Source: an uncultured Planctomycetota bacterium
GTDB taxonomy: Bacteria > Planctomycetota > Planctomycetia > Isosphaerales > Isosphaeraceae
Direction of reading: 5' to 3'
NCBI GenBank assembly: GCA_963845755.1
Contig: CAWJTV010000020.1
Coordinates: 416,001 to 480,000, forward strand
DNA: 64,000 nt
Of the stretch, positions 1-11,418 are shown in pieces. The position numbers and the translations under genes are program-made. The notes under the pieces are model-generated. The model saw only the letters and a list, made by a program, of their open reading frames with translations. It was not told the origin of the DNA and searched no databases. Position 1 is the stretch's first letter, and each line of letters starts with the position of its first letter.

Positions 1-3000
1 CGCGAACCAGCCGGGCGAACTCGCGAGCGAGGACGGCGGCCTCGACGCCATGCGTGCCCAGTGCGTGGATAAGAGCGCTGCGAGTGCGTGGGTCGGAACG
101 ATACTCGAGCAAGTGCCACACCGCGCCGTCGGAGCCGAGGCGGATCAGAGCGACCGCCGCCCGCGCCGCTCGCGCGGCCCGCCGATCCCTGGACTCTTCC
201 ACGTCCTCCGGGGTAGCGGGTGGCCTTTCCGACGTGCCTGGGATCCCCGTCGGCGAGCCGGGCGCCTCGACTCCCTTCGACAGCAAGACCGCCTCTTCCA
301 GATCAGCGAGGACGGCCGCTCGGTTCTTCTCGGCGACGGGGAGGAGGATCGAGAACGACATGGGATCGGAGTCGAGTAGCAGATCCACCAGGCGGTCGGG
401 GTCGTTGGCGGTGTACCGTGCCAGGACGTACGCCGCGAACTCGCGCTCCTCGATCGGACGATTGTGGTCCCGGTAGATTCGGGATAAGGGGTCGATGATC
501 ACGGATTGAATACCTGTCAGCGCGTCCGTCCAGGTGTTCACAGAAATGAGTTTCGCCCCGACCATCGCGTCTGCGACCTTGTTCGCCAGCTCGGACCAGT
601 TCGAATTCGTCCGGTCGTAACTCGCGAGTACGCCTGCCACGGGGAGCAGTCCATCATCACCAACCCTGGCCTCACGCAAGTCGCCCCATAGATTCTCGAT
701 CAGTTCGCCCTGATACGGCCTGAGGCTCTCCCGAAGTATGGGCATCTCCCCCGAAATGCCTTCGAGCAGGCGCCGGTGCAGGTAGTCGACCTGCCCACGG
801 TCGTCCGGCAGCCGGGCGAGGCTGTACCAGAGTCGAGAACGGGTGTCGTCTCCGGACCGGCTCGCCAGGTGCTGGAGGCGACGGGCATACATCCAGCGGG
901 GATAGGTTGCGAGTTGACCCAGGACCTCGGGGATCTTCTCAACTTTCGAGTTCGGTAGCGACTCCAGCAATACCTCGGTCCGCGAGTAGACGCTGTAGGC
1001 CTCGGTTATCATCGTCACGAGAGCAATGAAGATGACGAAGCCGAACAGTCTCGTCCCATGGACCCACCGTCCGCGCGTCATCATCCGCCGCTGAGGCTCG
1101 GTCCACCCCTTGGGTTTCGTCAACAGCCGAATCGATAGCCATTCGCCCGTTGATGGAAGGTGACGATCCTCCGGCTTGGAGTTCCATGCGGCTGCGCGCT
1201 CCGCCAGCAAGAACTCGACTCGACCGCGGCGAGTGTCACGCTGTTTGCGCGTCAACCACTCGCGAAGGGCGTGGACCAGGTAGTCGTGGGTCAGTTGGTA
1301 GTAGAGTCCGCCGACCGGGAGAGCCGGTGCGTCCTCATCGATCGAACCCTCCGGGTCAACCGGCGTGATCAGGCGAAGATCCGTATCGAGGATGCGGATC
1401 ACGTCGGCGAACTCCGTCGGTCTCTCGGCATAACCCGAGAACTGTCGAAGCTCCTCCACCGACCTCATCCGCCCCTTGATGTCGGCATTCGCCTCGGGCA
1501 GGAGCGCCTTCAACACGGCCTGTGCGGCTCTCTGATGGTAATGGTGGTTCGGATTGGACCGGGGCGAGCTGAAGGTGTCCTCGAGGAACGTGACCCCGAC
1601 TCCATCCATGCCGCCGACGTCGCGCAAGGTCGCGGTTGTCCAGGGCTTCTGCTTGACCATCTCGGCGAGGAGAGCCAGCCGAACCGGGACGACGCGACCG
1701 TCCTGCGCCAGGCCGTCGACCGCCTGGTCGAGGAATGCGCCATGTTCCCTCGTGAGGTCTTCGGTCCTCCGCGGCAGGGCCTCGTATGCGCGCGCCGAAC
1801 GCCGCCAGGACCTTGCGGGCGTGCTTCGGATCGAAGAGGTTGACAGCCGCCACGTTCCGGTCGGGCACCAGGTCGATCTCCAGGTCACGCATGAACCGGG
1901 TTGCCGCCATCCAGAAATCGTCCCGCACCAGGCAGATGGCCTGGAGGTGCTCGCCGTCACATTGCCGCAGCGCCGCCACCAGGTCGGTCGACGGCTCGCT
2001 CCGATGGGCGAACAGCCACTGCTCGAACTGGTCCAGGACCACGAGGACCTTCCGGTTCTGGGTTAGTGCCTGGTTGCGCCGCAGGGTCGTCAGGGACGCG
2101 GTCAGGCCGGCGTCGACGGGCAAGCCGGGGAACCCCTTGCGGACGCCGCGGAGCACGCGCGCCTCGGTCTCGGCGACCGTCGCCTCGACGTAGACCGGTG
2201 CCACGTGCTGGCCCAGCAGGGGCAGCAAGCCTGCCTTGACGAGCGACGACTTGCCGCAGCCCGACGGCCCGTAAATGAGCCCGACGCGGAACGTCCTGTC
2301 CGGGTCGGTCGCCTCGACCCGCGTCTTCCAGAATCGCAGCCCGTCCGGGAGTCCTCCGCGATCGCGAGGGCCAGGGAGTAGGTCGAGGAAGAAGTCGGCA
2401 TCGTTCTCGTCGAAAGAACTCAGTCCCTTCGGGACGATCCGGATCGCACGGAAGACGGAGTCCGACGATCCGGGGATCGGGGGGGGCGTGGGCTCGATGG
2501 ATGTTGCCATGGGGACTGCGTTGGCTTCCGGGCTCACGCCCTCCGTCGACCTCGCCCACAACACCGACTCGAGGAAGTGCCGCAGGTCCTCGGCCAGGTC
2601 CCGGGCGGTGGCGTACCGCTCGGCGGCCCGTTTCGAAAGCGCTTTCAGGCAGATCCGCTCGAGCTCCCGTGGGATCGAATCGTCGATCTGCCGCAGGGGA
2701 CGGGGCTCGGCACGGATGATCTGTTCCATGACCTGGTCTTTCGACGAACCCCGGAAGGGACGGCGGCCCGTCAGCAGTTCGTAGAGGACCAGGCCGAGGC
2801 TGAAGATGTCCGAACGGCCGTTCGACGCGATGCCCCTCGCCCCGCGCCTGCTCCGGACTCATGTACGCCGCCGTGCCGACGAGGCGCGGCACCCTTGCCG
2901 AGGTCCTCATCCCTCAGGGCCAGGCCGAAATCGGCGAGCGACGGGACGCCTGCCGCGTCGAGCAGGATGTTCGCGGGCTTGATGTCGCGGTGGAACAGGT

Positions 3001-3919
3001 CGTGAGTGTGCGTGTAATGCAGCGCATCGCAGAGGACCGCGATCAGCCCGGCCGATTCGGCGAACGCCGGCCGCCCCCGACGTAGCCTGTCGGACAGGTC
3101 GCCTCCATCCATATATTTAGACACAACATAACAGCGGTCGTCCTCGGTGCGACCGACGTCGTAGACCGGCACGATGTTCGGATGGCAGAGCCGGGCGATG
3201 ATCCGGGCTTCGGCGAGGTAAGTCTCGACATCCAGGAACCGGGACGCCTGGGCATGGATGGGCATCTTGATGGCGACGTCACGGTCGAGCTCGGCGTCAT
3301 GGGCCAGGTAGACCCGCCCGAACCCGCCCTCGCCGAGGACCCGGATCACCCGGTATCGGCCGATGCTGGCCGGTGATGGCTCCGATCCGGCCTTGACCTT
3401 CAATCCGACACCGGTATTTCGGGCCAAGGCCGCCGGGCCCAACACAGGTGCTGCCCGATGGACTCCCGACTCCGCCATCGTGTCCGTGGGCGTGTGCTTC
3501 AGGAAGGCATACAACCGCCGTAGCCGTTCGATTCTTTCAAGCAGCACTTCCCTCAGTACCGAGTCGTTGACACCGAGCGACTCCGGAGAAGCATCGTCGC
3601 CGCGATGATAGCGCTCTTCCCACCTCGCGAGGAGGTCGAGGAGACGGTCCTCCTCATCGTCGCCGGGTCCCACCTTGGCCTCTCCGACTTCGATCCGGGC
3701 GCCGAGTTCAGACTCGGTGGCAGGTTCCGAGCCGATTGGGGTGTCAACCACGGTGGCCGGCAGGCGGTCGCCGACCGGCCGGATGTCGGAATCGGGCTCG
3801 GTGACAACCTGCGTCTCGGGTTTGGTGTCAACGTCAGAGGGCCGCGCGCGGTTTTTACCGGTCGAAGAGTCGGTGTGGATTCGGGGAGTGGGCTGGAAGT
3901 CCGCGTCGGGATCGTTCAT
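1..3919 (-). CDS. Ser/Thr protein kinase fused to a STAND-like P-loop NTPase; frameshifted, runs off the window start
   Basis: ORF 2771..3919 has GEGGFGRV, VAIK, HRDIKPANILL, DFG; GTAAYMSPEQARGEG is in ORF 1957..2910; ORF 1356..2729 has Walker A GPSGCGKSS and Walker B VLVVLDQFEQ; protein-like reading continues to base 1. Frame changes near 2880, 2825 and 1790. Confidence 0.85.
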
Positions 3920-3948
3920 CGGCCGCTCCGCTCGATCGTCCCATCACG

Positions 3949-4632
3949 TCAGAGGGGTGCATTCGATCCATCCAGCCAGTGCGCGAGCCGCCCCGTTGCG
4001 GCCAACCAGAGCCGGCTGACCTGCTTCCGGTGCACCTCCAGCATCTGGGCGATCTCGGCTTGAGAGAAACCGCCATAATAGTGCAAATCAAAGACGATAC
4101 GTTGTTCGTCGGGCAACTTCCCGACTTGCTCGTGGAATTCGGTCAGCAGGGCCAGGCGGCCCGGATCGTGGGTGGTGTCGGCCCGGTCGATGGCTGCCAG
4201 CGCTTCCGAATCAGCCGCGTCGAGCGGCCCCTCGCGGCGCCGGGCATCGATGCGACGTTGGCCCTGGGCCATATCCAGCAGGACATGCCGTACCTTCACG
4301 AAGACCAGCCCGAAGAAGCCCTCGACGGTGTCTGGTACGGTCGCTTCCAGGGCGACGACCAGCCGCATCCAGACCTCGCTGACGACGCTTTCCAGGTCGT
4401 GACGGCCGTGCAGGCCCGGGAAATCGTCGTGAAAGAGCCGGGCTGCGATCCGCAACATGCGGTCGTGGGCGCGCTCCAGGAGCTCGCGCCGAGCCGTGAT
4501 GTCGCCGCGGCGGAGCCGGTCGATCAGATTCCTGAGTTCAGCCGAAGTGTCGTCTACCACGTCGAGGACGCCTTTCGGCGGGATGTCCGAGCCGATGGAT
4601 GTGCCGGATCGATCGCGCTTCGGGGATCCCAT
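3949..4632 (-). CDS. ECF-type RNA polymerase sigma-70 factor
   Basis: Region-2-like ESVVSEVWMRL and region-4 LPDEQRIVFDLHYYGGFSQAEIAQML; directly upstream of the kinase; start uncertain. Confidence 0.85.
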   Translation of the reverse strand: MGSPKRDRSGTSIGSDIPPKGVLDVVDDTSAELRNLIDRLRRGDITARRELLERAHDRMLRIAARLFHDDFPGLHGRHDLESVVSEVWMRLVVALEATVPDTVEGFFGLVFVKVRHVLLDMAQGQRRIDARRREGPLDAADSEALAAIDRADTTHDPGRLALLTEFHEQVGKLPDEQRIVFDLHYYGGFSQAEIAQMLEVHRKQVSRLWLAATGRLAHWLDGSNAPL

Positions 4633-5135
4633 GCGCCCTCCATCATAGTCAAGTTGGCACCCGCCCTCAACAAATCCGAGATTCTTGCAAGACTTTTTGT
4701 CCCAAGTTGCGACTCGAACAGCCTGGCGTATTAGAGCGACGAAGGAGAGGGATGGCCCGGAATGGCGAGAATCCAAGGACGGCCTCGAAGCTCGATCGAA
4801 ACGCCTTTTTCTCCAGAGTGATGGGACAGATGCCCAGGCGTTGATATGCGACCCGATTCCCGCCGACCGGGAACGGGAGCCACGCGGGGATTCAGGATCG
4901 GCGTCGCCGTAACTCGGCACGCGACGGAATCCTTGCTGGCTCGTCTGCCCGTGCTTCTCCCGACGAGAGCCGGAGATGATCCGACTCGAAAAGTCCATCA
5001 CTCGGGTTGAAGGACGATATCCGAACCTCCAGCCGTGTCGAGACGCGACCGAATGCCTTGCATGGCCGGATGGGGAGGGTGCGCGACCACCGTCAGTTTG
5101 ACCATCACGTCACCAACCTTGCGAAGGAGCTATCG

Positions 5136-5528
5136 ATGAAGAAGTCAACATTCGTACCCAGCCCCGATCAATTGGAAACCCGCGTCGTCCTGTCGAGCGG
5201 GCCCAAGTTCGCCCACGGTGCGGCAATCCTGACGAACCGCGCCCTGAACCAGACCTACGCCCAGATCCAGAAGGCGTTCAGCCAGTTCGCCCATCACGGG
5301 CAGAACTACAGACGGCTCCAGACCACGCTGGCCAACGACGTCAGCCGCATCCCCTGGAACCGGCGCGATGGCTTGCTGGCCGCCGTCGAATCCGAGGTGT
5401 CGCAGATGCACGTGGACATCGCCACCAGCGATGCCACGCCCGTGAAGAACGCGGCCCAACGGGCGCTCCAGGACGTCCATGATTTCGTCCAGGGCGAGAT
5501 CGCCGACGGCGTCATCACGATGCGCTGA
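5136..5528 (+). CDS. hypothetical protein with planctomycete LEPR-XLL-like N-terminal motif
   Basis: AAGGAG RBS before ATG 5136; MKKSTFVPSPDQLETRVVLS. Confidence 0.7.
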   Translation: MKKSTFVPSPDQLETRVVLSSGPKFAHGAAILTNRALNQTYAQIQKAFSQFAHHGQNYRRLQTTLANDVSRIPWNRRDGLLAAVESEVSQMHVDIATSDATPVKNAAQRALQDVHDFVQGEIADGVITMR

Positions 5529-5595
5529 GGCGGGAAAACCCGCCCAGGGCGATCGCGAGCACGGCAACGGGGACGGCGATGTCCCCGTTGCAGTG

Positions 5596-6000
5596 TCATT
5601 GTCGCAAAGCGGCGATGGCGGCCTTGACGTCATCGCTGTCGACCGGCTGGCCGGCCAGGGACTTCATCGCGATGCCCATGGCCATGCCTTCCTTGGGCGC
5701 GGCCCTGATCTGGTCGGCCAACGGTCCCAGCGCCTCGGCGATCTGCTCGGAGGTCAGGGTCGACGGGACCCATTCGCGGATTAGGGCCAGCTCCTCGGGA
5801 GTGAATGTGGTCATCCCCGACTTCGCTTCCTTCAGCACGCCGCGCATCTTCTTGAAGGCATCGGCATCGGACATCTCGGCACCGGTGCCGAGCGTCAGTT
5901 GCGCGATCCAGTAGCGCAGGAAACCCGTTCGGACGGCGTCGCGCGCCTTCATCGACTCGGTCAGTTGCGAGCGCATCTTCTGCACGATGGACCGAGACAT
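5596..6000 (-). CDS. GatB/YqeY-like domain protein
   Basis: QLTESMKARDAVRTGFLR N-terminus and MAMGIAMKSLAGQPVD C-terminus resemble YqeY. Confidence 0.6.
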   Translation of the reverse strand: MSRSIVQKMRSQLTESMKARDAVRTGFLRYWIAQLTLGTGAEMSDADAFKKMRGVLKEAKSGMTTFTPEELALIREWVPSTLTSEQIAEALGPLADQIRAAPKEGMAMGIAMKSLAGQPVDSDDVKAAIAALRQ

Positions 6001-6032
6001 GTCGAATCCTCCCGGCATTTGTCCTGCTCCGA

Positions 6033-7499
6033 TCAAGCCTCAGAGGTGGAACCGTCGAAGAGCGGCACGATCGGCTCGCCCGTGCAGAGCCGGATCGGTC
6101 GGTCGAGCCGGTCGCGCACCTCGGTATCGGGGTCAACGCCCAGCGACCGGTACACGGTGGCCGCCAGGTCGGCCGGCTTGTAGGGTCGGCTCGCCGGATA
6201 GGCGCCCAGCTTATCCGATTGCCCGATCAACTGCCCCCCCCGCACGCCGGCGCCGGCGAAGGCTGCCGAGAACACCGCGGCCCAGTGGTCCCGGCCGTCG
6301 CGGCTGTTGGCGTTCCCCGTGCTCTTGCCGATCCGGGGCGTGCGGCCGAATTCCCCGGTCACGATGACCAGGGTCTCGTCGAGCAGCCCTCGGGCCGCCA
6401 GGTCGTCGAGCAGCGCGGCGACCCCTCGGTCGGTCGGCGGCAGCAGTCGATCCTTGAGCGACTTGAAATTGGCCGAATGCGTATCCCACGTCTGAACGCG
6501 ACCCATGTTCACCTGAACAATGGGCACACCCACCTCGATCAGCCGCCTGGCGAGCAGGAGCGACTGCCCGTACATGTGCCGGCCGTAGTGATCGCGGAGC
6601 CGCGGGTCTTCCTCGCCAAGATCGAAGGCGCGCGCCACCTTGCCGGAGAGCAGCAGGGCGTAGGCGCGGTCGACCTGGTCGATGAAGGGGTCCTTCGCCT
6701 CCTCGGCCCAGCCACCGAAAGCGTCGCGCCCCGCACTCAAACAGTCGAGCAGCGACTTCCGGCGGTCCAGCCGTTCGACACTCAGGCCCGTGGGAAGGTT
6801 CAGGCCGTCGAAGCCGAAGCCCGACCGATTGGGATCCTGCTTGACCTGCCAGGGGTCGTGACGCGGCCCGAGGAATCCTGCATGCTGGCCGGGCCAGGTC
6901 AGGGGGCCGTCCATGAGGAACGTCGGGAGCATCACTCCGCTGGGAATACCGTCGCCCCGAGGCCGGATCGCGTCCACCGCTGAGGCATAGCACGGATAAT
7001 CGTCCCGTGATGCGATCTTGTCGAAGAAGGCGCCAGGCTGCGGGTGGCCGGTCAGGATTTCGTGCGTGGCGTTGAGGTGGTTGGTATACGAATGCGAGAG
7101 CGAACGGACGACCGCCAGCTTATCCGCCCGCTCCGCCAATCGGGGCAGGTGCTCGCAGTAGTGGATCCCCGGCACTGCCGTCTCGATCGGCTTGAACTCG
7201 CCCCGGATCCCCTCGGGCGCCTCCGGTTTCATGTCGAAGGAGTCGATGTGGCTCAGGCCCCCTGTCAGGAAGACGATGATCACCGACCTGGCCCGCGCCG
7301 CCGGCATCGGCTTCGCAATCGACGCGCCGGGGTTTGCCTCCGCGGCACGAGCCCGCGTCGCCAGGAGGCCCGGCAGCGAGAGGCCCAGCAGTCCGGAGAA
7401 TCCCACTTGGATAAACTCGCGGCGCACGATGCCGACGGGATGAGCCGTCGTCGTTTGATGTTGCACTACAGGGTTGACCGAACCGGTCGTCATGCACAC
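6033..7499 (-). CDS. DUF1501 domain protein
   Basis: RREF Tat-like motif, FLTGGLSHIDSFDMKP, WDTH, GEFGRTP, GRDHW. Confidence 0.9.
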   Translation of the reverse strand: MCMTTGSVNPVVQHQTTTAHPVGIVRREFIQVGFSGLLGLSLPGLLATRARAAEANPGASIAKPMPAARARSVIIVFLTGGLSHIDSFDMKPEAPEGIRGEFKPIETAVPGIHYCEHLPRLAERADKLAVVRSLSHSYTNHLNATHEILTGHPQPGAFFDKIASRDDYPCYASAVDAIRPRGDGIPSGVMLPTFLMDGPLTWPGQHAGFLGPRHDPWQVKQDPNRSGFGFDGLNLPTGLSVERLDRRKSLLDCLSAGRDAFGGWAEEAKDPFIDQVDRAYALLLSGKVARAFDLGEEDPRLRDHYGRHMYGQSLLLARRLIEVGVPIVQVNMGRVQTWDTHSANFKSLKDRLLPPTDRGVAALLDDLAARGLLDETLVIVTGEFGRTPRIGKSTGNANSRDGRDHWAAVFSAAFAGAGVRGGQLIGQSDKLGAYPASRPYKPADLAATVYRSLGVDPDTEVRDRLDRPIRLCTGEPIVPLFDGSTSEA

Positions 7500-7606
7500 C
7501 TCGATTCATTCACAGCGTGTAATAATGTTTGATTTTATCTCAAACAATCGGCAGGGAGCAAGTCCATCGACAGGATTGCCCGTTCCAAGGCGCCCTGGGT
7601 GGGAGA

Positions 7607-9085
7607 TCACGGGGTGATACGGGGCTTGGTCGGCGTCAACGGCTCGGGCGCGGTCAGGAAGGCGATGAGGTCGCGCACGGCCGCCTCGCCGAGTGCGGCC
7701 ACCAGGCCGGGGGGCATGATCGACGTCGCGCTCGGCCGGATCTCCTGGATCTGGTCGCGGCGGATGATCGTCTCGTGCGCATTGGTGTCAGTGACCTTGA
7801 TCGCATCCGGTCCCTCCGCGCGGACGACACCGGCTAAGACCTGGCCCGCCCTGGTGGCGATGGTGTATGACGTGTAAGCGGGCTCGATCGTGGCACTGGG
7901 CACCGCAAGGCTCCGGTAGATTTCGGCCCGGCCTTTCCGCCCGACGTCCGTCAAGTCGGGACCCACCTTGCCCCCCTCGCCTCGGAAGACGTGGCACTGG
8001 GCGCAACGGGCCTGATCGCCCGAGAAGATCGCCCGACCGCGCACGGGATCTCCTCCAGACAGGTCGGGGACCGCAACCGGCGCCGTGGCGGCCGAATCGG
8101 CCAAGAGCGGAGCCCAAGGGAGAATCAGGCGATCCCGCTCGATGCCAGAATCCTCCTTCGCGCCTTCGCGCCGGTAGACCGCCTTGACCGAGAATGGCCG
8201 TACCGTCGGGCCCGTCCGCACCGTCATGGTGAAAAAGAGCGGTTCCCCCTGGGATTCGACGGTCAACACGACGTGGTGGTCCTCGTCTTTGGAGGCCGGG
8301 GGCGAGTCCCCCGCCTGGCTGTCGCCCAGCATGGCCTCATCGATCCGGCCGGACGCGTTGATCCGGAGCGACACCTTTCCCGGTGGCAGGCGAATGAGCG
8401 TGCTCAGCGTGAGCTGTCCGGGCTGTGAGAGGCGAGCCAGACCGGCCTCGTGCGGCCGCGAGCCGCGCGTGAGCCGCCGCGTTGCTTCGAGGTCTAACTG
8501 CGGCCACCAACCCGACCAGCTCGGATTGCCGGGCGGTTGATCGGGCGCGCTCCAGATGGCCTCGACGCCCGTCAGGTCATAAGCGACGGTCGCATCGTTG
8601 TTCGACTTCGAGCTGGTGTCACCGGTCGCCGCTGGGATCGGGAGGAGATAGCGGGCGATGCGCGGGTGCGGGTCGGAGGCCATGACGAGCGTCTGACCTC
8701 CGTCGATCAAGCGAGTGCCGACGATCCGCAGGGATCCCGAGGGTAGGGTGCGGGTAGGCTGTCCCTGGGCATCCGATCGGGTCTCGACATAGGAGATCGT
8801 GCGCCCGATGTACGATCTCGCGAGCCCTGCGTCGATCGGCCGGTCGAACGCAGCGATCGCCTCAAGGGGCCCCGGTGCCCAGACCGCCACGGGACCGAAC
8901 TCCGAACCGCGACCGCTCGCGGCCGTCCCCTGGGCCAACCCGTCCGGGGTGACCGTCCCCATCAGGATCATCGCCAGGCCGAGGTGTTTCCCCGCGCAAC
9001 GCGTGGTCTTTCGCCAGCAAGAGCCGGACGCCGATCGGGGCGACGTCGGATCGGAACGCCAATGGGTCGAAGGGGATGTCTTCAT
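7607..9085 (-). CDS. c-type cytochrome / putative heme-binding domain protein
   Basis: GDPVRGRAIF...CAQCH...GGKVGPDLT and SIMPPGL near the C-terminus. Confidence 0.8.
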   Translation of the reverse strand: MKTSPSTHWRSDPTSPRSASGSCWRKTTRCAGKHLGLAMILMGTVTPDGLAQGTAASGRGSEFGPVAVWAPGPLEAIAAFDRPIDAGLARSYIGRTISYVETRSDAQGQPTRTLPSGSLRIVGTRLIDGGQTLVMASDPHPRIARYLLPIPAATGDTSSKSNNDATVAYDLTGVEAIWSAPDQPPGNPSWSGWWPQLDLEATRRLTRGSRPHEAGLARLSQPGQLTLSTLIRLPPGKVSLRINASGRIDEAMLGDSQAGDSPPASKDEDHHVVLTVESQGEPLFFTMTVRTGPTVRPFSVKAVYRREGAKEDSGIERDRLILPWAPLLADSAATAPVAVPDLSGGDPVRGRAIFSGDQARCAQCHVFRGEGGKVGPDLTDVGRKGRAEIYRSLAVPSATIEPAYTSYTIATRAGQVLAGVVRAEGPDAIKVTDTNAHETIIRRDQIQEIRPSATSIMPPGLVAALGEAAVRDLIAFLTAPEPLTPTKPRITP

Positions 9086-9227
9086 AGTCGAGATTCTACC
9101 GAGTTGACCGGGCGGGTGGAATCCGCGGTGGAATGAGGGTGCCGTCTGACATTGACGCGACAGCGGTCCCGGACTAAAGTTTGGCTCCCCTCCGATCCCA
9201 ATCTCGTCCTATCGAAAGGAGAGTGCC

Positions 9228-9769
9228 ATGGCCTGGCGATGGACCGCCCGGCGATCGGTCATTTCGGCCTTCGTGATCTTCCATCTTTCAGCCTTGATGA
9301 TCTGGACGGTGCCGAACTGCGCCATCAAGTCGCAATTCCAGTCGCCCTATCGCTATTACATGCTGCCGCTGGGTCTTTGGCAATGGTGGGCGATTTTTGC
9401 CCCGACCCCATCCGCAACACGACGAACCTCAATGCCGAGATCATCGACGCAAAAGGGATGCGGCAGACTTACGAGTTCCCACGGCTCGGCAACCTGACCT
9501 GGTGGGAAAGGATCCCCCGGTATCGGAACTGCAAATTCACGGCCAATATGTCCGTCGAGGAATACAACGAGCATCGCACGTTCACGGCACGTCATGTCGT
9601 CCGCCAGCTTGGCATGGCTGCCGAGGCGTTCCCTGTCTGGGTCAGCCTGTATTACGAGTTCACAGATTCTCCTCCACCCGGTACGGGCGTCGCCGACCCG
9701 ATGGCCTCGACACGCGTTCGCGTCCTGGATCGCTTTCAGTTCCGATCGCTCAAGGAGGTGATGCCGTGA
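9228..9769 (+). CDS. hypothetical membrane-anchored protein, partner of the HTTM gene (frameshift ~9400)
   Basis: AAAGGAG RBS; ORF 9228..9497 (hydrophobic N-terminus, GLWQWWAIFAP) continues in the frame of ORF 9152..9769 (PDPIRNTT...); overlaps the next start codon. Confidence 0.65.
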
Positions 9770-10803
9770 ATCCCATCAAAGCTTGGAATCGGTTCTTGTT
9801 CCGCCCGATCTCCGCGCGGCCGCTCGGGTTGTTCCGGATCGTTTACGGGCTGTTGCTCTTGATCTATCTGTCCTTGATGACCGTGGAATTCAAGCACTGG
9901 TACACCGGTGCCGGGCTGCTCCAGGGGACGGAAGCCCGGGAGGCGGCCGGGCCATTGCGATTCTCGCCGCTCCAGTTCGTCGCGAACCCGATCGTGCCAC
10001 AGCTCGTCCTCGCGACAGCCTTCGTCGCGGCGCTGGGGGTCACGCTGGGTTGGCGGACTCGCCTGCTGAGCGTCGTGCTCTATCTATGCATGCTCTCGTT
10101 CTACCACCGGAACGTCTCATCCAATGGCGGTCCGGATGCCGTCCCCGTGATCCTGTCGTTCTACGTGATGCTCTGCCCGAGTGGCGCGGCGTATTCGCTG
10201 GACGCTCGCCGCGAGGCCAGGCGTCGCGGGACGCTCGCCGAACCGCTCATCGTCCCCTGGGGTGTCCGTCTGCTCCAGATGCAGCTCTGCCTGATCTACT
10301 TCCAATCGTGCGTCATCAAGTGCGGCGGCCCGGCCTGGATGGACGGCACGGCCGTGCATTATGTCTTGTTCAACCGAGAATTCGGTCAATTCAACCTGGA
10401 ATGGGTGGCGTCTTATCCGATCCTCGTAAACCTGATGACGCACGGGGCGCTGTTGATCGAGTTCTCCCTGGCGTTCTGGTTATGGTTCAAGCCGACGCGG
10501 CGGTGGGTGATCCTGGGAGGGATCCTCTTGCATGCGGGAATCCGGCCGGTCATCAATATCCCGGGTTTCGGCGAGACGATGTGCGCGACTTACCTGACGT
10601 TCCTCGACGCGACCGAGGCCGCGACGTTGCTCCGGGTCCTGGATCCACGAGCCTGGCTGGTTCGTCTGGGCATCCGCAGACCCCAGTTCGATTTCTTCCC
10701 GGGGACCGATCGTCCGGTCGCGATGCCCGCGTGGCAGCAGCGGGAGTTCACCTTCGAAGGTGCCGAGGTCTATGCTGGCACCGAGCCGATGGCGCTGGCA
10801 TGA
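9766..10803 (+). CDS. HTTM domain-containing membrane protein
   Basis: LGLFRIVYG, LGWRTR, AAYSLDAR, LLQMQLCLIYF, WMDGTAV; GTG start overlapping the upstream TGA. Confidence 0.8.
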   Translation: MNPIKAWNRFLFRPISARPLGLFRIVYGLLLLIYLSLMTVEFKHWYTGAGLLQGTEAREAAGPLRFSPLQFVANPIVPQLVLATAFVAALGVTLGWRTRLLSVVLYLCMLSFYHRNVSSNGGPDAVPVILSFYVMLCPSGAAYSLDARREARRRGTLAEPLIVPWGVRLLQMQLCLIYFQSCVIKCGGPAWMDGTAVHYVLFNREFGQFNLEWVASYPILVNLMTHGALLIEFSLAFWLWFKPTRRWVILGGILLHAGIRPVINIPGFGETMCATYLTFLDATEAATLLRVLDPRAWLVRLGIRRPQFDFFPGTDRPVAMPAWQQREFTFEGAEVYAGTEPMALA

Positions 10804-10818
10804 GGTTGCCTGAAGGTC

Positions 10819-11334
10819 TCAGGGATTCCGAGTCAGTCGCCGGATGATCTCGGCGTGGCTCGGATAATGGTCAAGCAGGTCCGCGCTACCGCCGGTCTCG
10901 TAGTCGGCATAGTCGAATCCCGGTGCCATTGTCGCGCCCATCAGGGCGAACTCGACACCCGGTTCCAGGTGAGTGCCCTGCCAGACTCGCGGCGGCACGA
11001 TGACCTGCGGCTGTTGACCGGCGAGGACATCCGAGCCGATGAGGATCTCGCGGACCCGACCATCGGGGAAGAGCTGGAGCATTCGCGCCGGGCCTCCCAG
11101 GTAAAGGTGGAAGACCTCCTCGGTCGGCAGCCGGTGCATTTCGGAGAACGTATCCGCCGTCAGCAGGTAGTAGATCGCGGTGCCAAAGGCTCGATCGCCG
11201 CGCGCATGATAGACGATCGGCAGTGCGGACGCCGGGATCGATTCGGAAGACCGATAGGTCTCGCCGAAGAAGCCGCCCTCGATCGGATGGGGCTGGAGCC
11301 CGAGCGCATCGATGATCTGCCTGGCGTTGGTCAT
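10819..11334 (-). CDS. cupin domain protein (DUF985/cupin_5)
   Basis: LGLQPHPIEGGFFGETYRS, TAIYYLL, MAPGFDYADY. Confidence 0.9.
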   Translation of the reverse strand: MTNARQIIDALGLQPHPIEGGFFGETYRSSESIPASALPIVYHARGDRAFGTAIYYLLTADTFSEMHRLPTEEVFHLYLGGPARMLQLFPDGRVREILIGSDVLAGQQPQVIVPPRVWQGTHLEPGVEFALMGATMAPGFDYADYETGGSADLLDHYPSHAEIIRRLTRNP

Positions 11335-11418
11335 GGTGGGTTTGCTCTCCTATTTCGGTGAGAGGGCGTGCGCCGGAGAGGGCGGAGGTCGACACTGCGC
11401 GCCGGGTGGAGGAATCGA

